DNA from: a virus
Taxonomy: Duplodnaviria; Caudoviricetes
Virus record (IMG/VR): IMGVR_UViG_3300031992_000012
Coordinates: 32,001 to 96,000 of that record
Reading direction: 5' to 3' (one strand)
Length of the DNA: 64,000 bases
The position numbers were made by a program, and so were the translations under genes. Every line of letters begins with the position of its first letter. Within the stretch, counting starts at the first letter, position 1. Shown here in pieces: positions 37,018-46,424 of this stretch. Below the pieces are notes generated by a model that ran no database searches, was not told the DNA's origin, and worked only from the letters and a program-made list of their open reading frames with translations.

Positions 37018-38148
37018 ATGACCGAGGAACTTAGGAAAATATTGATTAAGACGGCTGCAGAACCGCAGGAGGAGCCTTTCCGCCCGGCCCTGATAGGCGA
37101 CCCTGTTAAGTTCGCCAAGCAGACCAAGCCGTTCAAGATTAGCGACGCGGCCATATCGGCCGGCGTCTGGATGGCAGGCGCCCTGTTCTGGGGCAAGATG
37201 ATGGAGATATGGAACGGGAAGACCATCGACAACTACTGGGAGCGCACCGACCCTTATGCCGGACTAAAGGACGAGAACGGCAATCCTACCGAGGATTACG
37301 ACAAGGCCAGGTTCCATGACAGGATGGGGAAGATCGCACGTCTTCTGTCGGCGGGCGGAGCCGGTTTCCTGTCCAGTGTCGTTGACCAGGCGATAGGCGG
37401 GCAGCCGTACAACTACATGGGCTACAAGGTTCCTACAACGCCCAAGGACATAGTGATAGCTTTCACGGGCGCGGGCTCCGGCGCGCACCGCGCAAGGAAA
37501 GGCCGTGAGCACGACATGGACGTAGCCGACCTTGACAGCCGTTATGGAAAGGGCCGCTACGCCCTGTTCAACCACAAGCATCTCAGGGAGGCCCAGGAGT
37601 TTCTCATGAACCTTCCGCCCGGATGCCGTATAAGAATCCAGGGACACTCGTATGGCGGCTCATCGGCATGGAAGCTGGCGCAGTTCGCCAGCGATAACGG
37701 CATTCCAATAGACCGTCTCGACACCTTGGACCCAATCGGAATGTCCCCCGAAATGCAGTTCAAAGGCAAACCTGAGCTGGTAAAGACATGGGAGAACCAT
37801 CTCCCCAAGAAGCGCCGGCTATGGTACTGGCCTGACTTCCTCGCCACAATTGGCCATGTCCGTCGTGAACTCAAGGGGGCGGACAACAAGATTTACACGG
37901 AGCCGCAGTACAACGATCATAGCGGAATCCGTCTTGTCGACTTCGCGGGCGACAAGAAGCGCAATCTCCAATATGACATGAACGCCGACCACCCGTTAAG
38001 CGCGTTCACCGAGGAAGGGCTTCTTACCAAGACCGCTTCGGACTGGAAGAACTGGTACAGGGAGCGTAAAGCTGCCGTCAACACAGACGCCAAGGATTAC
38101 GCAAGCTCCTCTTTCCGTGCACTTGTAGGAAAGTTGACGGGTATATAG
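37018..38148 (+). CDS. Alpha/beta-hydrolase fold protein (lipase/esterase-like) with KTA leader
   Basis: Nucleophile elbow GHSYGG, TLDPI, NDH; N-terminal LIKTAA and C-terminal LTKTAS. Confidence 0.8.
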   Translation: MTEELRKILIKTAAEPQEEPFRPALIGDPVKFAKQTKPFKISDAAISAGVWMAGALFWGKMMEIWNGKTIDNYWERTDPYAGLKDENGNPTEDYDKARFHDRMGKIARLLSAGGAGFLSSVVDQAIGGQPYNYMGYKVPTTPKDIVIAFTGAGSGAHRARKGREHDMDVADLDSRYGKGRYALFNHKHLREAQEFLMNLPPGCRIRIQGHSYGGSSAWKLAQFASDNGIPIDRLDTLDPIGMSPEMQFKGKPELVKTWENHLPKKRRLWYWPDFLATIGHVRRELKGADNKIYTEPQYNDHSGIRLVDFAGDKKRNLQYDMNADHPLSAFTEEGLLTKTASDWKNWYRERKAAVNTDAKDYASSSFRALVGKLTGI

Positions 38149-38176
38149 CACGACGTTCAAATAATAAGGAAACAAT

Positions 38177-38761
38177 ATGAACTGGAATGACATCAAGGCG
38201 ATTGCCAAGCGTGGCATCGCGCAGAAGAAAGCAACGGAAGAGAAGATTGAACGCACCAACGAGCTGATGACGAAGTACGCCGTAGCCAAGCAGGCCAGCG
38301 ACACGGTCGACCTTATGAAGCGCACCGCCGAGATGCTGCGGGGCAAGATGCCGGCGCCAAAGCTGGGCAGCGACCCCTGTCTCCGCTCCCTGCGTCGCAA
38401 GCTCATAGCGGCCAAGCACGCCAACGACGGCTCCGACAGTTTCCAACGCGTTGGAAAATTGATACATGGGTTTATCAAAAGAGACCCGCTTGCCCGCATC
38501 GCCAAGATAGCGGCCGACCGCGATGAACGGCTTGAGAAGGCCAAGTACAAGGAGGAGCAGGCGAAGACGGTCACCGAGGAAACCCGCAAGGGACAGCCCG
38601 AAAAACCCACCACGGCCCCGATGGAAGGTCAGCCGCATGACGGCGAAGGCCGTGAGGTAACTTTTGGCGACGGTCGCACAGTCACTTTCAAGAGCGCCTC
38701 CGAACGTCAGCAATGGCTCGCCAACAAGGTAAAGGAAGCATACAAGAGGGCCGGGATGTGA
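38177..38761 (+). CDS. Hypothetical basic protein with KxA motifs
   Basis: MNWNDIKAIAK; AKQAS. Confidence 0.75.
   Translation: MNWNDIKAIAKRGIAQKKATEEKIERTNELMTKYAVAKQASDTVDLMKRTAEMLRGKMPAPKLGSDPCLRSLRRKLIAAKHANDGSDSFQRVGKLIHGFIKRDPLARIAKIAADRDERLEKAKYKEEQAKTVTEETRKGQPEKPTTAPMEGQPHDGEGREVTFGDGRTVTFKSASERQQWLANKVKEAYKRAGM
38440..38457. repeat. Palindrome TTTCCAACGCGTTGGAAA within a CDS
   Basis: Perfect 18-bp palindrome, core of the 42618 element. Confidence 0.7.
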
Positions 38762-39465
38762 TTGACTGGGTCGGCGTAAAGCAGGCGGCCGACCCGCTCT
38801 GGAACCCTGAGCCCAACGTCCCGCCTGTATACAACAAATGGGTTCCTCGCCCCGCTTCCGGTTTTCACACGTTCGGAAGAGGCGACAATCTTATGGGGAT
38901 AGCCGACAGGTACGGTGTCTCTCATCGTCGTCTCGCTCTTGCCAATCCAACGCTTAGCCCGAACTCCATAAGGGAGGGTACCCGTGTAAACATTCCGATG
39001 AATGAGAGGGAATGGCTGATGAAGACTAAGGGCTTCGACCCGGAGGCCGTGTCCGCTCTTCCGGCAAATTTCGCAAAGGCCGTGCGGATGCAGGAGTCGC
39101 AGGACGGAAAGTACCTACGTCCGTTCGGCAACGCGTCGTCGGCCAGGGGCATCTACCAGATGCTGCGTGACAGGTTCAACATAACCAAGTCGCGCCACCC
39201 CGAGATGAAGACGTGGAACCACGACGACCTGCTCACCGACAACAGGAAGGCACAGCAGGCCTTCGACTGGACGATAAAGGACAACATGCGCCGTTACAAC
39301 TACCTCAACGGGACACCAATGCCGGTCAACATGATGATCCGCTCCTGGCACCAGCCAGGCAACTTGTACAACCAACGCGCAATCGACTACGAGAAAGCCG
39401 TAATGAAGCAGATGGAGCTTATCCTGCAGGCGGCGCAGAACAACCAGGTCACCAAGCTCAAATAG
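38758..39465 (+). CDS. LysM domain plus lysozyme-like/lytic transglycosylase protein with MIDW-VK-A leader
   Basis: LysM RGDNLMGIADRYGVS...ANP...IREGTRVNIP; SLT-like QES and SARGIYQM; GTG start overlaps upstream TGA. Confidence 0.85.
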   Translation: MIDWVGVKQAADPLWNPEPNVPPVYNKWVPRPASGFHTFGRGDNLMGIADRYGVSHRRLALANPTLSPNSIREGTRVNIPMNEREWLMKTKGFDPEAVSALPANFAKAVRMQESQDGKYLRPFGNASSARGIYQMLRDRFNITKSRHPEMKTWNHDDLLTDNRKAQQAFDWTIKDNMRRYNYLNGTPMPVNMMIRSWHQPGNLYNQRAIDYEKAVMKQMELILQAAQNNQVTKLK

Positions 39466-39494
39466 CTAAAAAAGAACCTGCTTCGAGTAATAAT
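39465..39494 (+). promoter_or_regulatory. Repeated phage promoter copy 5
   Basis: GCTAAAA-N14-AGTAATAAT. Confidence 0.75.
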
Positions 39495-39572
39495 ATTGTA
39501 GGAGGCAAGTTAGCAGCTTCCCTCCTGCGTCATGGCGGTACCCTTTGTGCTGCCGCCATTAAAGGTTTTACT

Positions 39573-39602
39573 GACCGGGGTTTCACAAACCCCGGTCTTT
39601 TT
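39573..39602 (+). terminator. Rho-independent terminator in leader
   Basis: GACCGGGGTTT/AAACCCCGGTC plus T5. Confidence 0.75.
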
Positions 39603-39700
39603 ATTTTAGGTCGTTGGTTTCAACTGGCGGCCCTGCTCCAATGTGCTTAGGAGTGGGGCCGCTTTTTATTAGTTTGTTTAGCACATAAAAAGGAGGGTTT

Positions 39701-40348
39701 ATGACAGTGCATGAAGTTACAATGCTCGACCTTGTGGGGACCAAGAAGATGCCGCCCGTTGACCGGCAGCATGTGCAGCTCCTGCTCAAGGCGGTACTGA
39801 GGTTCGTCAACATCCGTTACCAGACATCCCTGCAGCGTCCATGGGAGTTCTCGGCGGGGGACTGCGCCGAAGCTGTTTTCTCGCCGCTTGACCACGATAA
39901 CGTCGTCCATTGCCTTGCCGTGATAAAGCGGCTCCTTTGGCGTGTGCAGCTTCGTGTGTCGTCGTCGGTGGGCGTTTGGAACGTGGTTACGGACGGTGGC
40001 ATCAACGAGCAGGACGGCCCTGTGTTCTGGGCAGCCAAGGACGAGTTGCGGGCGGCCAAGGGGGAGAATGTCCGTGCACGGGTAAGGAAGGCGGTCTACC
40101 GTGACGACGAGTTTTCCGGCACAGTACCGGATACGGAGTCCTGCTTCCGTCTTGAAGCGGATTTCGCCAACGTCGACGGCATGACGCTGGAGGAGTCCAA
40201 CAGTGACTTTGAACGAATCTTCGACAGCGTCATAGGCGTAAACCGTCAGTTGGCGGATGTCATAAACCAGTCCAGGGCAGTGGTATGGCTTGCCAGACAG
40301 GCCGCCTTCGGAACCGATGGAAATTACTGGAGGTCCGCCCGTGTGTAG
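39701..40348 (+). CDS. Hypothetical protein
   Basis: AAGGAGG SD. Confidence 0.75.
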   Translation: MTVHEVTMLDLVGTKKMPPVDRQHVQLLLKAVLRFVNIRYQTSLQRPWEFSAGDCAEAVFSPLDHDNVVHCLAVIKRLLWRVQLRVSSSVGVWNVVTDGGINEQDGPVFWAAKDELRAAKGENVRARVRKAVYRDDEFSGTVPDTESCFRLEADFANVDGMTLEESNSDFERIFDSVIGVNRQLADVINQSRAVVWLARQAAFGTDGNYWRSARV

Positions 40349-40695
40349 CGATTTCCTGTCATTATGCGGCATAGCGCAGCCGGACTGGCTTATAGCGCTG
40401 ATGATTCTGTGGGTGGTAGTCTGTTTCCTGCAGTACATCACGCTCGTTGGACGTGTCGACGACATGCTTGTTATAGCCGTCTTTGTCTTCGAGGTTCTCC
40501 TGATGTTCGCCGTGGAATGCAAGTGGTGGGAGAACAAGGGGAACGAGATGGCCAAGGACGTACAAATGCAGATTTTCTACAACAGGTACGAATCCTGGGG
40601 AAATCACTGGAAGGACGAGAAGGCCCTTCCGTCGCTTGAAAGAATCGGCACCGAGGCGAAAGCCTATTTATACCGTAAGCAAAAAGGAGAAAACA

Positions 40696-41322
40696 ATGAA
40701 GAGGAAAAGACTGTTCTTCGGGGGCACGTTCGACCCCATACACATGGGCCACATTAACCTGGCGCTAAAGACAATAGAAATGGGGTACGCTGACGTCGTG
40801 TCGTTCATGCCCTGCGGCCATCCTTCGCATAAATCCTCGACAGGCGCCGACATGAACAGCCGACTAGCCATGGTCCGTCTCGCCTCGAAGGAATACAAAA
40901 ATCTAGAGTACACGGATTTGGACATCCATTCGGATTTGTCCTACACCTACATTACCGTGGACAGGATTCGCCGCGTGTTCCTGATCGACGAGGTAGGAAT
41001 GCTTATCGGCATGGACAGCCTTATCGACATGCACAACTGGGAGAAGGCGAAGGAGTTCACGAAGAAGATTCACTTCTTCACCTACCCGCGACCAGGAGTA
41101 ACGCCCCCTACCCTGGATCAGCTCACCGAGTGGTTCGACAGTGAAACCGCCTTCTCGCTGATGAGCGGGATAATGGGCGGAGTTACCGATCGAGACACAA
41201 TGAACGTTTCCAGCACTGAAATCCGCAAGGCGGTCAAGGAGCACAAGGGGCTTGAGAACCTTGTCCCGGCGTCCGTGGCCGAATATATCTACGACAACCA
41301 TTTATACGAAGAGGAGGATTAA
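40696..41322 (+). CDS. nadD: Nicotinate-nucleotide adenylyltransferase
   Basis: FGGTFDPIHMGH, P.HK, RLAMV, SYTY.T, LIGMDS, VSSTEIR, VAEYI...LY; AAGGAG SD at ATG 40696. Confidence 0.95.
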   Translation: MKRKRLFFGGTFDPIHMGHINLALKTIEMGYADVVSFMPCGHPSHKSSTGADMNSRLAMVRLASKEYKNLEYTDLDIHSDLSYTYITVDRIRRVFLIDEVGMLIGMDSLIDMHNWEKAKEFTKKIHFFTYPRPGVTPPTLDQLTEWFDSETAFSLMSGIMGGVTDRDTMNVSSTEIRKAVKEHKGLENLVPASVAEYIYDNHLYEEED

Positions 41323-41324
41323 CA

Positions 41325-41840
41325 ATGACCGTCTACATCTATTTCTGGGGCCATACCTCGGTGCCGGGGCGCATTACGCGTTCCTGTCTGAGCCAATGGT
41401 ATCCAGCGCCGTTCACCGAGAACGACGTGACATTCCCCACGGCCGAGCATTACATGATGTACCAGAAGGCGAAGCTGTTCGGCGACAAGGAGGCCATGAA
41501 GGCGATTCTCGAGGCCGGCACGCCGAAGGCGGCCAAGGAACTGGGCCGCCATGTGAAGCATTTCCGCCCGGATGTCTGGGAGAAACATTGCCGTGAAATC
41601 GTCGCGCAGGGCAATTACCTGAAGTTCTCGCAGAACAAGGAGCTTGGCCATTACCTCAACCGCACCGGCAAGGCAATCCTTGTCGAAGCGAGCCCCTACG
41701 ACAAAATCTGGGGCATCGGAATCAGCCGTGAGGACGCCGAGAAAGGCGTCGACTGGCAAGGCACCAACTGGCTCGGCGAGGCGCTCATGCGGGTGCGCGA
41801 CTGGTTAAAGCCCTGGCATCCGGAAGGAACGGTGAAATGA
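41325..41840 (+). CDS. NADAR family protein (YbiA/DUF1768)
   Basis: CLSQWY, FPTAEHYMMYQKAKLFGD, LKFSQN, LVEASPYDKIWGIG, WQGTNWLGEALMRVR. Confidence 0.95.
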   Translation: MTVYIYFWGHTSVPGRITRSCLSQWYPAPFTENDVTFPTAEHYMMYQKAKLFGDKEAMKAILEAGTPKAAKELGRHVKHFRPDVWEKHCREIVAQGNYLKFSQNKELGHYLNRTGKAILVEASPYDKIWGIGISREDAEKGVDWQGTNWLGEALMRVRDWLKPWHPEGTVK

Positions 41841-42230
41841 AGAGGGGGAGGTGAATATGTGGAAATGTGTTTGCGACATCTGCGGAAAGGAGATGATACC
41901 GCTTGACGCGCATGAGTGCAGAATTAGCTTCAAGGACAAAAGCAAGCGTTTTATCCATGCTCTGACAATCACGATAGACACAGGCCATTATGTAGAAAAC
42001 CCGATTCCGTTGTTCGAAGGTCAGGTGTGCAACGACTGCGCCCGCAAACTGGAACAAGGGCTACGGGAAGACATCAAAAAAATACAAAGTGACATAAAAG
42101 ACAAGGAGGCGAAATGACACAGAAACAAACATGGCACGAACGACATGTCCGACTGGTCGCCAAAGCGCGGGACATGCGGATGTGCGACCGGCTCAAACCA
42201 CGGCATCCGGAAGGAACGGTGAAATGAAGA
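41786..42230 (+). repeat. 58-bp imperfect direct repeat (41786-41843 and 42173-42230)
   Basis: Last 29 nt identical: GGCATCCGGAAGGAACGGTGAAATGAAGA. Confidence 0.8.
41851..42117 (+). CDS. Small zinc-ribbon protein
   Basis: CDICG ... CNDC. Confidence 0.7.
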   Translation: MNMWKCVCDICGKEMIPLDAHECRISFKDKSKRFIHALTITIDTGHYVENPIPLFEGQVCNDCARKLEQGLREDIKKIQSDIKDKEAK

Positions 42231-42617
42231 AGAAGCCCGATGAAGAGCAGAGCTACGAGCCAATCCAGTGGACTCGTCTTTACGTGGACGACGAGACGTT
42301 CCAGGCAACCCAGGACGTTACCATGATAATCATGGCCGTCGTCTTCCTGTGGAGAATGTTCGCATGAGAAGGAACACCGATCCAGGAGACCCCAGGATTG
42401 TCGTTCTGGCGATAGGATGCGCCATGTTCATGACACTGGCGTGGTTTGTCTTGGCCGTCTTTTCGACCCGCTGAAAAGCACTCTCACGGGCAACCGCGAA
42501 CCCCCGTTGGAATAACTGTCTTAAAGACAGTCCGGCGGGGTCATTGCATTTACTGGCTAAAATAAAGCTAAGTAATTGCGTGTCAATAAGTTAAAACAAG
42601 CACAAAAATGGGCGTAA

Positions 42618-42641
42618 GATTTTCCAACGCGTTGGAAAATC
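42618..42641. repeat. Perfect 24-bp intergenic palindrome GATTTTCCAACGCGTTGGAAAATC
   Basis: Read directly from the sequence. Confidence 0.8.
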
Positions 42642-42666
42642 GAGTCGCCGGAACGGGTGAAAGGAA

Positions 42667-42963
42667 ATGCCCAATTCCAAGGAGTTGTTCATACAGTATT
42701 TGAAGGGAAAACTGAGGCGTCTTGGTTTCAGTTCGAGAAGGAAAATAGATGTCACCCTAGAGGGCTGGGTGATTGACGGCGGATTTCATTCAGCGTGGGT
42801 TTTCCATGCCCTGCCGTATGTGACGCACGCCCTGAAAGTCAGGCACCCCGGCGAGTTCGTCAATACGGAGGACGCGTATGAAGCCGCCGTGTCGCTGGCG
42901 CACCAGCTCTCGGACAACTACCGCTACCACAACGTAGGGGTATCCATCGTAACAAGAGCTTAA
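42667..42963 (+). CDS. Hypothetical protein
   Basis: AAGG SD. Confidence 0.65.
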   Translation: MPNSKELFIQYLKGKLRRLGFSSRRKIDVTLEGWVIDGGFHSAWVFHALPYVTHALKVRHPGEFVNTEDAYEAAVSLAHQLSDNYRYHNVGVSIVTRA

Positions 42964-42973
42964 AGGAGAAGAA

Positions 42974-43240
42974 ATGTCGAAGAGATTCAAACTGGTCCTT
43001 AACAAGGACATCGTCCGGTACATGGTGGAAGACAATGCGCCGGGCGACAAGAAGAAGGACATCACGCTTGAGCGCCCGCTTCCGGGCGTTGTCGAGTTCA
43101 CGGCCCACTTCGGCGACGGCCCGCAGTCACGCGCGGACGCCGCTTCACAGCTCCGTCTGGCGGTATCCGAGTGGATTCGCCAGGAAGTCGTCGGCGAGGT
43201 CGTCGACGTAATCAACAGAACAGAGAAAGGAGGAAAATGA
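42974..43240 (+). CDS. Hypothetical protein
   Basis: AAGGAG SD. Confidence 0.7.
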   Translation: MSKRFKLVLNKDIVRYMVEDNAPGDKKKDITLERPLPGVVEFTAHFGDGPQSRADAASQLRLAVSEWIRQEVVGEVVDVINRTEKGGK

Positions 43241-43824
43241 CAATGGCAAACAAGAATGATTTTGTAGCGTACTGGAAGCAGCGTGTCAATGATGTCAAGA
43301 CGAAGTGCCACGGCGCCATACAGAAGGCCAGCCGTGAAGCGCATGAAACCCTTAACGTCGAGGTCACGACGAGACTGATGACCGAGCTCAAACCGGAAAT
43401 CCAGAAATTGCTTCGCAATGCAGTCATCGAGATGTTCAAACCACAGTCCCGTCCGAAGGCGGTATCAGTACCATGGACGGCGTTCGCCACCGGCGACGGG
43501 GCGTTCCGAACCAGCATGGTCGGCATCGTTCAGACGGTCGCAAAGAACGTGCAGGAGAGAACGGGTACGCTTACAGGCATAGAAGACCTTGAAATAAGCA
43601 AGGTGTATAAAAACGCCAAGGAGGAAATAAGCGAGCTGGCCAATAAGTCGTTCTCCGAGCTGGACGATATAGCCGTAAGGACCTTGGACGTCATGCTTGC
43701 CGACAACTCCGAAGACAATACCGACACATGGGACGACGCCCAGAGCGACATGGAGGATGTGGCGAAGGGCTGTATAACCAAAATCACAGGAGTGGTCGAC
43801 GCGTTCCGGGAGACCGAGCAATGA
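43237..43824 (+). CDS. Hypothetical helical protein
   Basis: AAGGAGG SD, coupled. Confidence 0.75.
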   Translation: MTMANKNDFVAYWKQRVNDVKTKCHGAIQKASREAHETLNVEVTTRLMTELKPEIQKLLRNAVIEMFKPQSRPKAVSVPWTAFATGDGAFRTSMVGIVQTVAKNVQERTGTLTGIEDLEISKVYKNAKEEISELANKSFSELDDIAVRTLDVMLADNSEDNTDTWDDAQSDMEDVAKGCITKITGVVDAFRETEQ

Positions 43825-44073
43825 TGCAATGCGGAACAATGACGGCAGTGTTGCTCCTGTCGTTGGTAATCTGCCTGGTAATACACGTAGCGCGCGGTTT
43901 CATTGTGGGAGATTTTGACGACGGTGTTCCCCCCTTGTGCATATTAGGCATACTAACGCTTCTTTTCGGAGTAGGGGCGGCCACAATGACGGAGGACGGC
44001 GACATATCCACCTACTCCGGCGCAAGGCAGTACGCCAACAAACACAAAGACGATGAAGAAAAGGAAAAACAAA

Positions 44074-44565
44074 ATGAAAAACAAAGTGAAAAAGCCGATG
44101 CTCCTGCTGACGCTGTTCCTTCTGACATTCCTCCTATCGACCTCCGCGTCTGCGATGTCAGGGTCGAGAACATGGGTCCTGGTGGAAACCATGTTCTCGT
44201 CGTCGTCCCCAGGACTGGCAAGGGTGTGGAGCGACGGTCTGGCTATATCCCGGGCTCGGGAAGGCCTGTTGATTTTCAGGATGCGGGACGCGTCGTCGGA
44301 GGAGGAGCGGTGGCTGAAGGACAAGCGGGGTGTCTGGACGGGAAAGGCGACCACCCTCTATTGCGACACGATGAAGGTGATTCTCGTGCAGGGGGAGAAG
44401 GACGAGAAGGGAAGTGAATACTGCAAAAGGGGAATCGCCTTCAAGCTCATGCCCGACGGCAAGTGGGAAAGCGGAGTCTACCTGATGAGGACCTACGGAT
44501 GGGGTACGTCCTACCGTGAAAGGTGGGGCGACTTCCTGTTCGGTCTCGGTGAAGGCAAGATATGA
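44074..44565 (+). CDS. Hypothetical exported protein
   Basis: Signal peptide MKNKVKKPMLLLTLFLLTFLLSTSASA. Confidence 0.7.
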   Translation: MKNKVKKPMLLLTLFLLTFLLSTSASAMSGSRTWVLVETMFSSSSPGLARVWSDGLAISRAREGLLIFRMRDASSEEERWLKDKRGVWTGKATTLYCDTMKVILVQGEKDEKGSEYCKRGIAFKLMPDGKWESGVYLMRTYGWGTSYRERWGDFLFGLGEGKI

Positions 44566-45071
44566 CGACCCGGGAGGACAACAGGATAATAACGGTCAGG
44601 CTGTTCGAGTGCCCGATATGCGGGAGGCGTTTCCTGGACCGACCCACCTGCCGCTGCCACATGGACATGAAGCACCGCGCCATCGGCCATGTCACAAATA
44701 GTGAGCAGAAGCAGGTGACCGACGCTTTGCAGAACCTCAGGCTCAACAGGCTTATCGGCCACGGCTTCGTGATACTTCGCCGAGACGGAAACATCACCAA
44801 GGGGATATGCCTCGGCGTGCAGATATCGCGCACAATGGGACGTGACGCCAGGTTCAAGAACAGGATTTTCCTGGACCTGTACTACAAGGACTATGGAACA
44901 CAGCGCAACATAGACTACTGGCGTGAACAAGGAAGGCCCGCGAACATAAAGGGCTACCTCGGCAGCTTCGACATCTGCCATTTGTACCAGACCAGACGCG
45001 AGGCGCTGGCAGCCCGCGACCGTCTTAAAGAAGTGCCCGTACCCGATGAAAATAGCGGGGAAAACGGGTGA
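44562..45071 (+). CDS. C2H2 zinc-finger family protein
   Basis: FECPICGRRFLDRPTCRCHMDMKH. Confidence 0.75.
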   Translation: MTTREDNRIITVRLFECPICGRRFLDRPTCRCHMDMKHRAIGHVTNSEQKQVTDALQNLRLNRLIGHGFVILRRDGNITKGICLGVQISRTMGRDARFKNRIFLDLYYKDYGTQRNIDYWREQGRPANIKGYLGSFDICHLYQTRREALAARDRLKEVPVPDENSGENG

Positions 45072-45075
45072 TAAT
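45045..45075 (+). promoter_or_regulatory. Repeated phage promoter, degenerate copy 6
   Basis: GATGAAAA-N14-GGTGATAAT followed by GGCGCAGGT/ACCTGCGCC hairpin. Confidence 0.55.
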
Positions 45076-45152
45076 CAATTGAAACGAGGGGCGCAGGTTA
45101 GGTGACCTGCGCCTTTTCGTCTGTAAACACAAAGGACAAGGAGGTCCAAAAA

Positions 45153-45749
45153 ATGAGTTTCCACTTTATCACGCTCTCTCTGCCGTTCTACGCAATCAAC
45201 GCAAACAGCCCGGTTCCGGTGTCCGCCGTCAAGGCGGGTGGCCATCCCATGTGGGAGGCAATCGGCTATGACTACGACGGGCTCACAATCGGCCTCATTC
45301 CTGAGGCCTATCATTATGTGCTGTTTGCGGACAGCAATCGCAAATCCACTTGGGTTTATGACCGTAGATGTGGTCAAAACGTAAGCCGGTTTCCGGCCCG
45401 CTTCCAGGAAAAGTACTATCGCAAGTTCGACCCGAGCGATTGGAAATCCGTCTTGGATTTCATCCAGTCGCTTCCTACCACGGAGACGTATGACGCGCAA
45501 TACTTTGAGCCCGTTGACTACGTGTGGAACGTTTCCGCCCCCGCTAAGGACGAGTTCGATATCTTATTCAGAATGTACGGAAAGAACAGGATCGAACCGG
45601 ACGAGTGGGGCAATATAATCATCCCCAAGCCAACCACCGATGAGGTCAACATTATGCTCGACGCAGGCCTCTCCCTTTATAAGGACGACATAAGACCAAT
45701 ACGTTTACCCGAACATCTGCTCGGCGAAGGAGGTGAACAGAATGCTTAA
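45153..45749 (+). CDS. Hypothetical protein, paralog of 24594-25208
   Basis: AAGGAGG SD; WVYDRRC, PVDYVW. Confidence 0.75.
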   Translation: MSFHFITLSLPFYAINANSPVPVSAVKAGGHPMWEAIGYDYDGLTIGLIPEAYHYVLFADSNRKSTWVYDRRCGQNVSRFPARFQEKYYRKFDPSDWKSVLDFIQSLPTTETYDAQYFEPVDYVWNVSAPAKDEFDILFRMYGKNRIEPDEWGNIIIPKPTTDEVNIMLDAGLSLYKDDIRPIRLPEHLLGEGGEQNA

Positions 45750-46071
45750 GAAAATTTACCTGAGATGGCTCCTTCGGAAGCTTCCGCAGTTCACTCCCGC
45801 CAGGATGGAAGCCCTGTCCAAGGCTAGCTGGAGCGCGCTGAAGCTTCTGTCGCGGGCCGTCAAAGCCAACCTGAATTTCAAGATGGACGACGGCGCGACC
45901 CCGCCTGAGACCGTCATCCGCGTCTACCAGGACAAGATGAACTACACGCTCATCGTCCCGGTGAACGGCAAAATCATGTTGTGGAATCTTGTCCACGGCA
46001 TCTCGGTCGGAATGGAGTATGACTCCATATCCGGCGCCCTGGCCGCTCTGTTTTACGACTACATAAAATGA
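45742..46071 (+). CDS. Hypothetical protein
   Basis: AAGGAGGT SD. Confidence 0.65.
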   Translation: MLKKIYLRWLLRKLPQFTPARMEALSKASWSALKLLSRAVKANLNFKMDDGATPPETVIRVYQDKMNYTLIVPVNGKIMLWNLVHGISVGMEYDSISGALAALFYDYIK

Positions 46072-46412
46072 GCTGGCTATATGAACTAAAGCAGGAGATT
46101 CTGGTACGGAGGATATTCCGCTACAAACCGGAAATCTACCTGCGGCGCGACAGGACGGAGGAGCTCAAGTCACTTACAAAGTGGCAGCTCCTCCGTTTGC
46201 TTCATTTTTTTAATGACGAGAGTCTATGCTGGGACTGGTCGGACGCGGACAACATCTTCCGTCGGACCGGGGGAGTATACAACACGGTGATGCTGTACCG
46301 CTCGCCCGCGAACAATCTCGTCGTCCGTTCTGAAACAGCCCACGAGTGCAACCATCGCATATGCGACACGTTCCACGAGGCCATAACCGTTTTTATTTCT
46401 TTACCATTGTAA
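46068..46412 (+). CDS. Hypothetical protein
   Basis: Coupled ORF; weakly similar to the preceding gene. Confidence 0.65.
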   Translation: MSWLYELKQEILVRRIFRYKPEIYLRRDRTEELKSLTKWQLLRLLHFFNDESLCWDWSDADNIFRRTGGVYNTVMLYRSPANNLVVRSETAHECNHRICDTFHEAITVFISLPL

Positions 46413-46424
46413 AAAGGAGGAAAA

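Noticed and set aside
43821-44565. Overlapping spanin pair (43821-44417 overlapping 44074-44565)
   Set aside because: No lipobox Cys in the inner gene; the upstream ORF's tail looks like off-frame run-on, so the overlap is probably incidental
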